Assembly (NCBI GenBank): GCA_951406725.2 | Contig: OX597814.1 | Coordinates: 64,852,001-64,916,000 of the forward strand | Direction: 5' to 3' | Length of the DNA stretch: 64,000 nt | From: Octopus vulgaris | Taxonomy: Eukaryota | Shown: positions 11,886 through 26,060 of the stretch, in pieces | Layout of the letters: each line of letters begins with the position of its first letter | Numbering within the stretch: the first letter of the stretch is position 1 | Notes under the pieces: model-generated | What the model saw: the letters and a program-made list of their open reading frames with translations, nothing else | Databases searched by the model: none | What the model was told of the DNA's origin: nothing | Translations under genes and position numbers: made by a program

Positions 11886-12544
11886 CTGAGCTCTACATCA
11901 CCAAAATCAAGGTAGTCGACTTTTCTGAAATGTACCTAAGTACTTACGTAATTACGTACGTTCGATGTATGTGTGTGTATGTATGTATGTATGTATGTAT
12001 GCATGCATGTGGGCATGTGTGCATGTGTGCATGTGTGTATGTCTGTATGTATCGATGTATGTATGTATGTATGGATGGATGTATCTTTGCATGTTCGCAT
12101 GTGTGTATGTATGTATGTATGTATACGTACATGTAAATGTCATTGACATATGCTCGTTTGTATCGAAAGTGTGCCATCCAGATTATCTTTCCAATTTATC
12201 TTCCTATTGAATTAACTACAAACAAAGTCACCAGTTACAATTGGTTTTGTACGGTTTACTGAAACAGTAAATATCGATTTCTTTTTTAAATTTTCAGAAT
12301 GAAAAGACGTCAAACGTCATGCCTGAGTGCCTCCTTCAATTCACCTGCATAATAAACAGGTAACAGCTAAAATATAGAATAAAAGCCGGCGAAATTTCAT
12401 ATGCTGCGCTCAGGTATAAAGATATAAATGAAAGTGTAGTGCACTTAAATATGAAAGCTGTGCATACTCCCCATGATGAAAAGAGATATTTATAAACATA
12501 CATACATACATATGCGTATACACATATAAATGAAGAAAATATAC

Positions 12545-13328
12545 GGTAAATAAACAAACGACATAACGTATACCGAGAGTACAACCGGACAGGAGACAAA
12601 CACAGAAGGTCCCTAATTCTTCATCAATTGTCAACCAATTGTTAATGCTCAGTTTTGCACCATCTTGGCGGTGCCCGCAAAAAAAATTTTTGCGGACACT
12701 TTAGGGGCGAGAGCAAATAAAACAAAGCAAAACAACAGAGAGTGGACATACGGAAGTGAATAAGTGGGATTTAGGACCATGAGCAAGGACGAACAAACGA
12801 AAAATATATGGCCTTAGGGCCAAGAAGGAGGATAGAGAACGGAGAGACAGAGAATTTGCTACAGGTCGGGTTTTGGGACCAGTATGAGAAAGGGAGAGAA
12901 AGAGAGGAAGGAAAGCTGGCCGTGGGTCGCTTGATAACAGTAGGCGGAGGAGAAAGACAGCAAGAGATAGGGTGAGAGAGCAACAGAAAGAAGAAAAAAA
13001 CAAGGTAAGGGATGAAGGGAGAAAAAAGAGAAAAAAGAAAGGCTAGAAATACAAGAGAGAGGGAGAAAGAGAAAAGGAGGAAGTGCAAAGGCTAGAATAG
13101 AAGTGAGAGGGTGAGATAAATAAAAGGAAAAAGAGTGAAAGCAAGAGAGAATCACGCGCGTCTATAAAAAACTCACAATTCGGTGTTCGTTGCGTTCCAT
13201 TACTTAATAAATGCAAAATGCATGGTAAATAACAACGACATAACGTATACTGAGTGTAAAGCCGAACGAGTAACGAACACAGAAGGCCCTTAATACTTTA
13301 TCAGTTATCAACCATTTGGTAATACTCA

Positions 13329-13330
<2 letters not shown>
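12545..13330. mobile_element. Non-coding element with ~110-bp diverged direct terminal repeats and a purine-rich body
   Basis: 12545-12652 resembles 13224-13330; body motifs (agtggacatacg.aagtgaataa, cttagggc) recur inverted at about 38560-38812. Confidence 0.6.
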
Positions 13331-13371
<41 letters not shown>

Positions 13372-14152
13372 AGCGCCGAATATGTATATAGATACAAATA
13401 CAAATAAAAGAATAATTTATTTTTGAACCTACCATTTCTGCTGTTCTAACTGGATCCCTGCGTTCGAAAATAGATAATCATAAAATTATCATCTTATTTG
13501 TATTTATATGTATATCGTGTATGTATGTATGTATGTATTTCTGTGTGTGTGTGTGTGAAATCTTTTTACATATCTTTTTAATCCTCCAACTGAACGACAC
13601 ACCGTTCCACAGATTTCACATGTTCTGTTGTGAACAATAGCTGTATCATTACTTACAAGGGGTCGATTCCCATGGCTTCATAAATTGCTGCCGAGCTTAA
13701 GCATTGCCTTCAACAAATCACACACGTGGCACCAGCACCACTCTTTATCCAAGCGGAGTGGAGGGGGCTGCAAAAGTTCATAACTTGATAAACTTCCTTT
13801 TGATAAACTTTCATTTGAAGTTTCAAGTGAAAGAAAAATTCATCAATAGCCGATAGTACTAAAATTTTTGCTGTAAGGTATTTTAACGAAAGTAGAAAAG
13901 GAGGAAAAAGAAGAAAAAAGGTAACTATTGTGGAAATGTCATGATCTGAGAAAAATGCTAAAAAAATTATAAATAAAATTTTAAACCTGCTATTTTCCCT
14001 GCAAAATGCTAGATTCAAAAGTTTTCTACTAAATACTGAAAAAAAAAATGCTAGATCTAGCATAAAATATGCTAAATTGAGTTCTTTTGCCGTACACAAG
14101 TACACAAACACAGAAACACATACACACACAGAAATTTCTGTGCGAGAATGTG

Positions 14153-14183
<31 letters not shown>

Positions 14184-14202
14184 GATATTGTGTGAGAAAC
14201 TA

Positions 14203-14244
<42 letters not shown>

Positions 14245-14303
14245 ATGTACATACATATATATAAATATATACACATGTATATATGTATATCTATCTATCT
14301 ATC

Positions 14304-14452
14304 TGTGACCGCGTGTGTACCGTTGGCGATTTTTTTCCTCTGTCTTCCCTTCTCTGGATCTTTCCTTCTTTCCTGAGCGTCCAATAATACTATATTTGTT
14401 CCACGTCCTCGCGTTGTTGTGTGTTTTTTGTGCTTTCTTGTTTGGATTAACT
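14304..14452 (+). mobile_element. Short PLE-terminal-like element; copy lacking the hammerhead segment
   Basis: Closely matches 54337-54546 except for an internal deletion. Confidence 0.75.
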
Positions 14453-14752
14453 TTACACGCACACACATATATCTATGCATTTGAGCGAGATACTAACAAA
14501 ACACCTTGTAACACCAAAGATGAACTTAAAGAAGGAGATCGTCCAGAAGAGTTACAGGAGATTCCAAAGTCCTCTGGAGGCTGTGGTTGTAGCCAATGGT
14601 GATTTTATTGAATAAATTTACTCTTTAGTATTTCAAGATATTTTAATGTAATTTTGGTAAATATATCTGTTAAAATGAGATATCTATGCTATTTTCACTT
14701 TTGCGTAATTTAGACGAAAATTTATTCACCACTCTCTCTCTCTCTCTCTCTT

Positions 14753-14846
<94 letters not shown>

Positions 14847-14869
14847 GAAATATGTTGCAAAAATAAAAT

Positions 14870-15650
14870 AGAAACTACACGTGGAAATATAAGGGTAAAG
14901 TAAGAAGAACGATAAGCGAAAATGCACATTGGAAATAAAAAATAGTAATGGCTTTTTATGAAAAGTAACGATAGATATATACAATTAGATGAACTGAGGT
15001 AGGAATAAAAGTAATAAAAGTCATTATTGTGAACTGTTAAAGAGATTCAAAAGCATGCCGGTTTCGTGAATTTACTAACAATTGCTTTGAATGCACACTG
15101 ATGTCCCTGAGTAAAACAACTATGTGTAATGGAGGTAAGTAGTTCTGGATTTGGTGCAATTAGGGTAGATATAGATCTGTAATGTGAATGGTATATAGGA
15201 TGTATGGGGGTTAGTTGTATTAATTGAAATGTTAGTAGTGTTCTGTACTATGTTATGTGTTCATATTGAGTTGTGGAAGATATTTATTGACGAAACTTGC
15301 CTCTTTATTCATTCTTTGTTGTACTGAGGTGTTCTGGGAACATTGATGGAAGGGGAAAATTAGGAAATTAGGATTAAGATTCCTAGCACACCTTTCTATG
15401 TGTTCACTAACCTATATCTGTCTATATTGTGGGTGGCGGATTTGTTCTTTGTGGAGAGTGGTTCTTCAACGGAATCATATTCCTGTTTGGCCAATATAAT
15501 TATGACCACACTCTAAACATGTTCGAAAATATGACGACGTAGATAATGCGTCGATAGCCAGCTGGAGACGATGTTTCCTGGTACTAAAGAACATAACATT
15601 CCTCCTAACCAGGACTGCGACATTATTTTGTGTAAATGATCTTTACACTA
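14870..15650 (-). pseudogene. Possible heavily decayed PLE linker/GIY-YIG remnant
   Basis: Flanked by (TA)n on both sides; weak translated similarity only (IHETG ~ YIGETG). Confidence 0.3.
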
Positions 15651-16439
15651 TATATATATATATATATATATATGCGATGAAGGAAAATAGAGATAAAATA
15701 AATCCAAGCGAATACTTCAAGCTCTTTGTGGAAACAGAACCCGGCTGACTAAATTAGGCGGTTAAAACTCCGCCAAACCGTGTTTTTCATTTTTAATTTA
15801 TTTTGACTGGCAACATTTGCAAAACTGAGGTAGATCACCAATAATTTTCAGCCTATTAATCATATGGTATATTAAATAAATAATTGCATAAAAATGAAGA
15901 TGCATAGTCAGCGATTGATTTAGCTTTCATGTCTCCAATGCAGCCACTGCACACTGCAATATGCATATTTAATCGATCCTTTACTGAGCAACTAGTAACG
16001 ATGCTGTTCTTTTGAAAATATATGTTCTATAGGGATTATGGTGTTGATAAGCTATCCATAAGAGACTGTCGTTGCCCAGTGTCGGTTTCATGTTCAAGGG
16101 AGTTCTATACCCACATATGTATATATGTATACGTGTGAGTACATGTGCGTAAGTCTTAGTTTGTTATATATATGTATATATGTATCTGTTTCTAATTCTT
16201 GCACCAACACACAGACACAGACACACACACATACACAACAGCCTGGCTTGGCTCAATATGACTTAAAGTTTCGTAAGGTGCGCAGGATGGCATATCTCGT
16301 CGAATATCTGTATGATGAGTCCGTCCTACGCGCCTAGGATACTACGTTGTATGGAGTTGAGGCAAACTATTATTTTTATAAGATGTATGTAATCCCTACA
16401 AGTTATATTAAGTGTCACTTTCTTTGGTTTTTCCATTTA

Positions 16440-16489
<50 letters not shown>

Positions 16490-16490
<1 letters not shown>

Positions 16491-17110
16491 CAGGAACTTT
16501 TCCATATCGTTACGTGGTGGAGTTCTCATAGCTGAAAAGGATACAGCTTACAGTTTTCTGATTCGTTGACATATGGTGTAGACTTTTCAACTATTTTCCA
16601 CTTATTTGTATGTGGTGTGACGTTATACTTCAAACCTTATCCAATTTAATGGCTTTACTTTTGTTACTGTGCCGGAAAGAAGATATGTGGTTAGCATAGC
16701 GATTTTTGAAGTCACCTTCATATGGCCTGATGTAGCTCTTCTTTTCAGTTATACTATCATCTTGCGTTGCTGTAACTTCTGCTTCATAATGATAGATTTG
16801 TAGAATGGGCAGAGTCTCCACACATACAAATGGGAGTAGGCTCTTGGTGGTGTATGCGTGTGATGATGCTTTCCATATTGGGCAGTAGTCATGCGATAAT
16901 TTGACTAAGCACATTTTGACTATTTTTCTCTACTTGTTTCGAAAATCTATCAAGGCTGTTTTGCATGTTTTAAATTTGCGGACAAATATTTAAAATTTGC
17001 CCTGTTTATATAGCCATTACATAAAATATATTTATTACATTATACCTTGATTTTGTGTGAACTACCCTTTCACATAACGCTGATATTAGAGTGTTAAACA
17101 GTTACGGTAT
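16490..17110 (-). pseudogene. Decayed PLE GIY-YIG endonuclease fragment
   Basis: IYHYEAEVTA...SYIRPYEGDFKNRYANHISSFRH resembles VVYQCTV...VYIGATMNSIKQRWNYHRYTFRN of the intact element; abuts (TA)n. Confidence 0.75.
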
Positions 17111-18339
17111 GTAGCTAATAGATTTTTGTTTAGTGTGTAAACAGATTGGTTGCTTATTTCCCTGGTTATTGGTTACAATGTGAAACACATCTCTGATGAG
17201 AACACAATAAGGTTCGAAAATCAATTAAGTCACTTCAGTTTTTGCAATCTACGGAGAAATAGTAAAATTTGCCCCATTTATACATTTACTACATTGATTG
17301 CATACATACGCACACAAGCACACACATGCACACAAACACACTCACGCACACAAACACACACACATGAGTGTGTGTGTTTGTCTGTGTGACTGGGCGGGGA
17401 ATATCTGTTAGAATTCTAATTATATTTCAATGTCATTAAATGCCACCGTACTTATGAATAATTCCAAGATATGTACTTGTCCATTTCGCACGCGTGCGTA
17501 CTTTTCTACCTCTCCCTTTCTCTCTCCCTCTCTCTTTCTCTCTTTCTCTCCCTGTGTTTGTGTGTGTGTGTGAACTTGCGTGTGTTTATACATGCTATAT
17601 TTGAGATATGTACTGGTTTTTAATAATAACATAAGAACTTCCATTAATTGAATGACATGGTTGCGTCTAGTGGACTTGACAACAATAAGGATGAACTACA
17701 AGTTGAACGTCTGGAAGATTTTCACTGTCCTGCTGGAAAATTAGTCCTGAAGCTTTGAACACACACACATACACATACACATACACATACACATATATGT
17801 GGACTTAGGACTGATATTTGCAACTTTGTATGTAAACGTCTATTTATTTGCATGCATGAATCTGCACATTCCTATGCCCATACACGCACACACTCATGTA
17901 CATACACGCACGCGCGCATATGAACACATACACGTCCCAAAAGAAATAGGCGGCAGACGGACCGATAATTTTATATACGCATATATTTAGTGTAATGCAC
18001 GTATACTTGGATTATCTATGTCATGCAGTTACTTTAAGGTATACTAAATTAGGTTCATATAATATTCCTATGTACATGTTTTAATGTATATGTATCTGTG
18101 TGTGTTTAAGTTTTATTAATGCCTGCGTGTTTCGAATATTCTTATCTTCGTTAAAAGATGATTCAGGGAAGATATTACTTCATATATATCGACTTTGTGT
18201 AGAATTAATTGGCCTGAAACTTCTTAGCTTCAAGTAGCAGACCTCTTCTAGATTCAGTACTCCAGTTATTCCAAAAGCGATTGCATACTGGCTTTTCTCT
18301 CTCTTCTGCATGAATTGACATTATTTAAACCACCACCAT

Positions 18340-19310
18340 CAGACACACACACTCACACACATACACATACATGCATCCACATGCATCCACATAACCCGAC
18401 ATGGTTGCAATCATATACCTCATAGAACAACCGGGTAATTGAAGCACCGTCAACAACGACAAGATAATCAACAACAGAATTCTTAAACTGTTGTTGTAAC
18501 CACCAAAACCAGCACCACCATTATTGACGCAGCCATTATCAGTGCCACGACGACGGCGACTACAACCACTACCACCACTACCACCACCAACACCAGCACC
18601 ACCACCAGCACCACCACCGCCATCAATAACAGCAGTAACAATAACAGCACCACCATTATATTCACTGCCATAAATGCAACCATCACTGTAACCACCACAA
18701 CGAGCAACGTCATCACCATCATCACAACCAACACCGTGACTACAACCACTACAATACCTCTCCTATTACCATCACCAACTTCACAACACCTCCAAAACTA
18801 CTACCACCACCGCCACCACCGCCACCACCACCACTACCACCACCACCACCACCACCACCATCACTGCCTCAAATTTATAAATAAAAATATCACTTCAACC
18901 AGTAAGATCACTGCCGTCAATACCATCACAACCACCACCACAACCAACACTACACTACCTGCATCAAATACAACATAGCACTCACCCTGCTAGCAACCCT
19001 CATTATACTCATATTCACTTCCAGCCTCCCCAATGGTATAACCATCACTGCAGCCAACTCCGCCATCACCGTTGCAGTCATCACTGTTTGCACTATTACT
19101 ATCAAAACCATTAACATTGTCAGTAAAAAAACAATTTTCCAACCAGCTCTTCGTCATTATTACATCAAAGCGACCACGACTAGTACTACAACTAGAGCGA
19201 CTCTTCAATTAACAATACAATCATTATTACCCAACATACAAGACCACTACGACCACTAAAAACTTGCAGAATAGCAACAACTATTGCGACTGCAATCATC
19301 TCCTCTACCT
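18340..19310. repeat. Degenerate (CAC/CAA/CTA)n low-complexity tract
   Basis: Directly visible; gives poly-His/Thr/Val ORFs. Confidence 0.9.
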
Positions 19311-19326
19311 TAAATACAGCCCATAG

Positions 19327-21651
19327 CACTGATCAACGAAATTAAATGTATTATACTCATTATGAATGCAAACCAACTTTTTTAGCCTGATTTTTCATGC
19401 TGATTTCAAAATTTCACTCTATTTGTATGCAGCACGTATCAGTTTTTCAGTAGATACATGCAAATATTTACATATTTATATATATGAAATCATTAATGTA
19501 ATAAATAAGGACATTATTTCTAGAAAATAAATGAGTTTATTGAGTTAAAAATCATCACTATCATTCTACAAAGAGTGAATACACAAAACATGGGATAGAC
19601 AAAACAAAGTTAGAACATCAAAGTTAGAAACATTGTGATTTGGATTTTCTGCGATGTCCTGTTCTAGTTGATCACGGTAAAGTGTCCAGCAGTAGTCAGA
19701 CAGCATACTGTCATTCCAGAAGTCTTGGTATCGTTTCTCCATAGCACTAATGTCCTGGTCAAATCGTTCACCATGTTCATCAGACACTGCTCCAAGGTTA
19801 TCTACGAAGAAATATAGATGAGAGTCCAAGAAGTGACCTTTTAGTGACATACGATAACCCATTACTGAGTAACATTTCAGAAGATTCTTGATGCCATCCT
19901 TGTAGTCCTTGCCTTCTTGTTGCCCAAGAAATTCTCACAGATCTAGTTGAAAGCATTCTAGGCAGGCAGTTTCAGTTCATCCAGTGTTGTCTTGAAGTTG
20001 ACATCTTTGATTACTTCTCTAATTTGGGGTCCGACAAATATACCCTCTTTCAACTTCGCTTGTGATTTTGGGAAACTTTTCTACAATATACTCAAACCGT
20101 CTGGCATTTCTCTTCCCTAGTGTCTTTGCAAATTGTTTCATCAAAGTTTTATGTGCAAAGGAGGTAATGGGACATTACATGGATCTACAAGAGATGTATT
20201 CTTGATGCTAGACAGTCCTGGCTGATATGATGCTCTTGTCTGCCAGTATGATTCCAAATAATGTCTTTCAGTCGCCCGACTATCCAATAGGCACAAGAAA
20301 CAACGGTATCTTGTAAAACCTGACTGCTTTCATTAACATTCCAATGGCTTTTAAATCGCCACATATTTTCCATGAGTATCTTGCATAGGCAAAGGCATGA
20401 AGTAAATGTTCCATATTCACATGATTCATGAAGATGAACGGAGTGTGCGATAGGAATGGAGTGCTTCAAATTACCATTATAGAGAAGTACAGCTTTTAAA
20501 CTTCGTTTTGAAGAGTCAATAAAGAAACGCCACTCTGTAGGATCATGATTTTGTGATAAACATTCGGAAAGTCCATCGATGTTACTGCAAACGCAAAGCG
20601 GGCCTTCAACAGAAATACACGTTTGTTTGCCGAAAATAAGTTATACGAACACCGTACTCTAGCAGATACTTCTTCAGTCTTGATACCAACAGTTCTGCTT
20701 TATCTGTTGAGAGGGATAGCTCTCTGACAAGGTCATTCAGTTCAGCTTAAAAAAATTTCTAAGGTTCAAAGCTATCGTCATCAGCTACGTAAGCTTTCTT
20801 AGCAGCACTATCGTGACAGTCAGCATCATCATCTGATGTTTCAATACTATCATCTGGTGGGACTGGAATTGGCAGACTTCAATTGTGAGGTACAGGTCTC
20901 ATTGCAGAATCCAAATTGTTATACACAATTTTGTGTTTATTCTTTATAGAAAAATCCTGTGACATTTACTTTGCAAAAATAACAGTCATTAGAATAGTCT
21001 TTCGGCTCCCTTCATATCATTGGAATGGCAAAAGGCATGGACTTCTTCATATTATTGAACTAGTCACGTAAACCATTTGAGCAAAATGAGCAGATAAAAT
21101 GCGGTGCCCATAACTTGTCCTGATCTCCAAGAGAACAGTCAAATTATAGCTTATAAATCTACTTGATCTCTGGCGTTATTGTACGTTTTTGAGCATCCGC
21201 AATAAATTGTCCACACATAACAAAACACACCAGGACGACGTCAACACTGTTTTGATATTGTTAACACTGAAAACAACTAAGGAAATAGATACAAACGGAT
21301 ATACTTATATTGAATTTGAGATGATGAAATATTTTATCAAATGACTGGACAATTTGAAATGTTGAAATACCTATTTCATCAGACAAAACTAAATTGGTTA
21401 ATTTAAGATGATGAAATATTGCATTTGAACTATGCAGCAATGAATAATGTAGTTTATTTTAAAGGTATGTTTCCATGATGTAAATGAAATGCATGCATAC
21501 ACATCATCAATTGGAATTTCCATATAACGCATGAGCTAAAACCCCAACATTTTCTCATCTTGAAAACTGTACGTAGATTTGAAATCAACATTAGAAACTA
21601 CACTCAGAACACCTTGATATATGCTTGATGAAAAATAATTGTTAACCAGTG
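19327..21651 (-). mobile_element. Decayed DNA transposon, probably CMC/Chapaev3-like
   Basis: CACTG...CAGTG termini and subterminal inverted motifs (atg[c/t]tgatttcaaa); broken transposase with GDQDKLWAPH near the N-terminus and MSLKGHFLDSHL...GAVSDEHGERF..DI..MEKRYQ...DYCWTL at the C-terminus; superfamily assigned from memory. Confidence 0.8.
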
Positions 21652-21764
21652 CAATCAGTGCTTTAAAAACTTTGGATAATATTGTTCGTCATAAACAAAA
21701 AAAAAAGAAGAAAAAAGTCAATGATCGAATGACTTTGGTGAATATATCTGTTGTAAATGACATG

Positions 21765-22055
21765 ATTTTGCGTTAAGTTCCACTGCGTGGCAGCTTGGGC
21801 GAGTGTCTTCCTCTATAGCCCGGGGCCAACTGCAGCCTTCAGAGTGAATTTAGTGGATTTAGTACACAGTGATAGCAAGGAGCTTGTCATATATGAGTGT
21901 GCCTGTGTTTGTGTTTGTCCTGCAGCATCACTTGACAACCGGTGTTGTTTAGTTTAATTCCCAAAAATATAGCTGTTCGACAAAATAGACGTTAGAATAA
22001 GTACCACTCTTAAAAAAAAATAAACACTGTTGTCGATTTATTCGATTAGACCCAA
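21765..22055 (+). mobile_element. Old SINE family A copy (another at about 22855-23085)
   Basis: ttgggcgagtgtcttcctctatagcc...gttagaataagtacc matches family A. Confidence 0.7.
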
Positions 22056-22248
22056 GGGTATTGCGGGCAGTTTCCGTCTACCCAGTTTCTCTTATCTTGA
22101 ATGGGTCGACTAGATGTAATAGAAAATTACACTTATCCAAAACCACGCAGCGGAATTGATACCAGGACCACATATTTGCCAAACGACTTTTATGACCATT
22201 CGAAAGTACTGCGTTTGAACCACAAATACAAGAACACACACACACACA

Positions 22249-22342
<94 letters not shown>

Positions 22343-23097
22343 CACACACATACCCGCGGGCGCAATTTGTGAATGTTTATGTATTTATGAAGACGGTTTG
22401 TGATATGATCAAATGAAATGCATGTTTACATCAAATATTTCACATAAACGACCATAGTTTTCTAGTCGAGAGCACTTTGTTATTCAGAGATTCATGGTCG
22501 TGCACTTTGGACATTCCTCAGAAGATGACGGGTGGCTACTTGAACGGATGATTCTTTTTCTAAATTGTAATTAATCACTGCTGTTGAGCGTATTGTTCAT
22601 TGGTTTACCTTGAGCAGAATATAGTGTCCTATGAAGACACTTTTTATTCAAGTATTTGCATTTGTTTTGTCTAGCTTAATAATTAATTTTTCCTTGGGTT
22701 TAAGGGGCAATAGTTTTGACGAAGATAAATATTATTTATTACACAAATTACAGAACTGAATAGCTGGTGCACTTATTTTGAAAGTGTACTAGATGGGCTA
22801 AAATTGTCATTGTTGTGACTTTTCTGTTCAGTTTTCCTTTTTCGTCAGAATTACTGATAGTCTTGAGCAAATGTCTTCTACCATGGAACATGACACCAGA
22901 TGAACTAAAGCCTTGTGCATGAATTTTGGTCGACGAAAACTGTACAAATCACTTGAATCAACACGATCACGCGCATGCATGTGTTGGTTTGTCTCCTATC
23001 ATTTCTCAGCCAATACTGATTTGTTTACATCTATGTAACTTAGCATATGACAAAATCTGACTGATATAATAGCTGCCAGATTTCAAAAATATATTGT

Positions 23098-24118
23098 ATG
23101 TCAATTTTCGTCACGTAAGATACATAAAATTGATTTTTTTTTTAGTTTTTCAGAATTTGATTGGCGGTTTACTGACCTACAAAGATGGATAGCGATGTTA
23201 AAAGACTGACAGCCCCTGCAAGGATTAAAAACTGGTGATAGAAGAGTGGAAACATGTGCAGAAATAATCATTTGCAAGTACGCAGTAAGTTAAAACTCTC
23301 GTTTGTCAAATGTGCTTCAAAAATGGCAGATCTGCAACGGGACTGAATAGTCATCTGAGAGGTCATGGATGGCAAGTCAGAAATACCACTGACAACGAGA
23401 AATCACAACGAAACGGGTACCAATTGCGAAGATAGAGAAATCACCATGTATGTATGTATGTATGTATGTATGTATGTATGTATGTATGTATGTATGTATG
23501 TACGTACGTATGTATGTATGTATGTATGTATGCATGTATATATGTATGATTGTATGTATATATATGTAAAGATATATACTACCACATACAGACATGTATG
23601 TATGAATATACATATATGCGTATATACATATATACACATATATGTGTGTGCGTATGTGTGTGCGTCTGTGAGCCTCCATGAGTGTGTCAGTGTGTGTGCG
23701 CGTGTCCGCATATGTGTGTTCGTGTGTGCGTGTGTGTGCATATACACTTACTATAAAGCAAAATGAAATCACATGAACATGTAATCGAATGATAGTCGAC
23801 TAGATTATTCGCAGAAAGGCTGAGTTTGTACCACAGTAGATATATATTATGATATACTATAAAATTCCTATACTTGCAGCGTGAATATTTCTTTTGTGAC
23901 ATTCATGACTTTATCAATGTTTCATTTAGTTATAAGAAATTAATAAAATTACTTAAGTGCAAAATCGAAACTAATCTACGGATTCTAGCTGTAACTCAGG
24001 GGCTCTCAATCTTTTAACATCGCTATACATCTTCTCAAAGCACTAAACCGTCATACTAATTCTGAAAAATTACTAAAATCAATATTATCTATCTTCCTTG
24101 AGGGAAATATTCTTGACT
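23098..24118. mobile_element. Foldback/MITE-like element with ~100-120 bp imperfect terminal inverted repeats
   Basis: atagcgatgttaaaagactgacagcccctg at about 23190-23218 is the near reverse complement of caggggctctcaatcttttaacatcgctat at about 23997-24026; the match extends outward. Confidence 0.8.
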
Positions 24119-24304
24119 GCTCATTTATAGAAAAAAAAATTGACCAAATCATTTTACTTGTGGTTTAGAATTAATATTTTACTATTCATGAAATTTTTCA
24201 AATGTAATGGATTTTGTCATGATCCTAACGGTATCATAAAGCTTTTGAAAATATTTAGTTTAGGCATTCCGAAGAGCCTAATACGTTTAGACGAGGATGG
24301 AGTT

Positions 24305-24505
24305 CCTGTCTACCATAGGCAGAAATATTGGCAGTTTGGGTTGGGGTGGTATTGATCGATTTCATCAACCTTATACTTATCTTATAGACCCCAAAAGAGG
24401 TGACATGCAAAGTCGACCCCCGGCACTGGTTAAACTCAGAGCATAAAGCCAGAAGAAATGACACTAAGCAGCCTGTCCATCGTGCTTAGATTTTTCCAGC
24501 TCACC
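24305..24505 (-). mobile_element. tRNA-derived SINE family B, degenerate
   Basis: gcaaagtcgacc...aactcagagcataaag is the reverse of the family B core. Confidence 0.7.
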
Positions 24506-25867
24506 ATTTTTTTTTTATGAGAATAGATCGATTTTATATATGATCTATAACAGTGTCTAACATTTTAATTTCTTTTTTATTTCTCTTTGGTCGTAGGTGT
24601 TATTTCCTATTTGCTTCTATCTATTCACAGGAATTAACTACTGTTTCCGTCAAACTTTTGTTTGGTGACCTGGACATTAATGTTTTGAAACTGACCTATT
24701 TTCCTTTACATTTCAGATAGTTGCAAGGCTGAGTTGCTGAAGCAGAAATATCGCCAAAGTAAATATTCTTCTCAGTCCCACAGACTTGTTCGGCAATTGC
24801 TTGACCTTACCACTTGAGTATGTTCCTTAGTGGCTGACATGATGTGCATCACTGACCATGAGCAGCAGTAGTGGGGGAGCATCATGCTCATGCATTGAGA
24901 GGAATTTTGGTCGGGTTTGAATAAATGTAATAAAAGCAATGTTTGAAGGAAATAGTAGCCACTTTTCATACTTGCTAGGGATAGCCAAATAGGAAATAAC
25001 ATTGCGTTAGGAACATAAAGAAATGGAAGTACCCTCGTAAGCGGATTTATATTGTGTGAAGGGCCAAAAAATGTAATTACTATATTGCATACAGTTAAAC
25101 ATTTTTGTTAAAAAAGGAGACATCAACATAAAAACACCATCCACATCGACAACAATATAAAGTAACGAAACATCTATTGCCTTAACATCAAAATTAGCCT
25201 GCAGATAATAAACACAAACATATTCATCATGATTCATTCAATATCACTCCTAAAACTTAATCTTATTACTCATAATCTTCAAACTCCCTCATCAAACATT
25301 CACTATCAGAAACCCATCAGAAAGCCACTTCAATTAACCGTTTCTTTTATACGTATACACATACATACATACATACACACATACATACATACATACATAC
25401 ATACATACATGCATACATGCATACATACATACATACATACATACATACATACATACATACCTACATACATGATTGCATGCATACATGCATACATACATAC
25501 ATACATACATACATACATACATACATACATACATACATACATACATACATACATGAATGCATGCATGCGTTCATATATTTGTATGAAAAGTCGATTAGGA
25601 GAATCATTATGTATATATTCACTAATAGCATAGCGTTAAGTGGAATGAGAACATACGATGTAGAAAAGCTAATTATGAAACCACCATTACACTTTGAAAT
25701 ACTTATTTGAGTTAAGGACGAAACACGCGTTCGAGTTAATCTGAAGTATCCCTCATATGCTAAGTATGAAAATGCGTGTACACATCACCCATATATACTC
25801 TGGAGTGCAGCAGCACAATTACATACAAATACATATACATATAGACACACACTCAATCATACACATA

Positions 25868-25937
<70 letters not shown>

Positions 25938-26005
25938 TATATACATACATATATGTACCATATATATATATATACATATATACATACATATATGTACAAT
26001 ATATA

Positions 26006-26060
<55 letters not shown>

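Noticed and set aside
18483-19208. Poly-His/Thr/Val ORFs
   Set aside because: Degenerate trinucleotide repeat.
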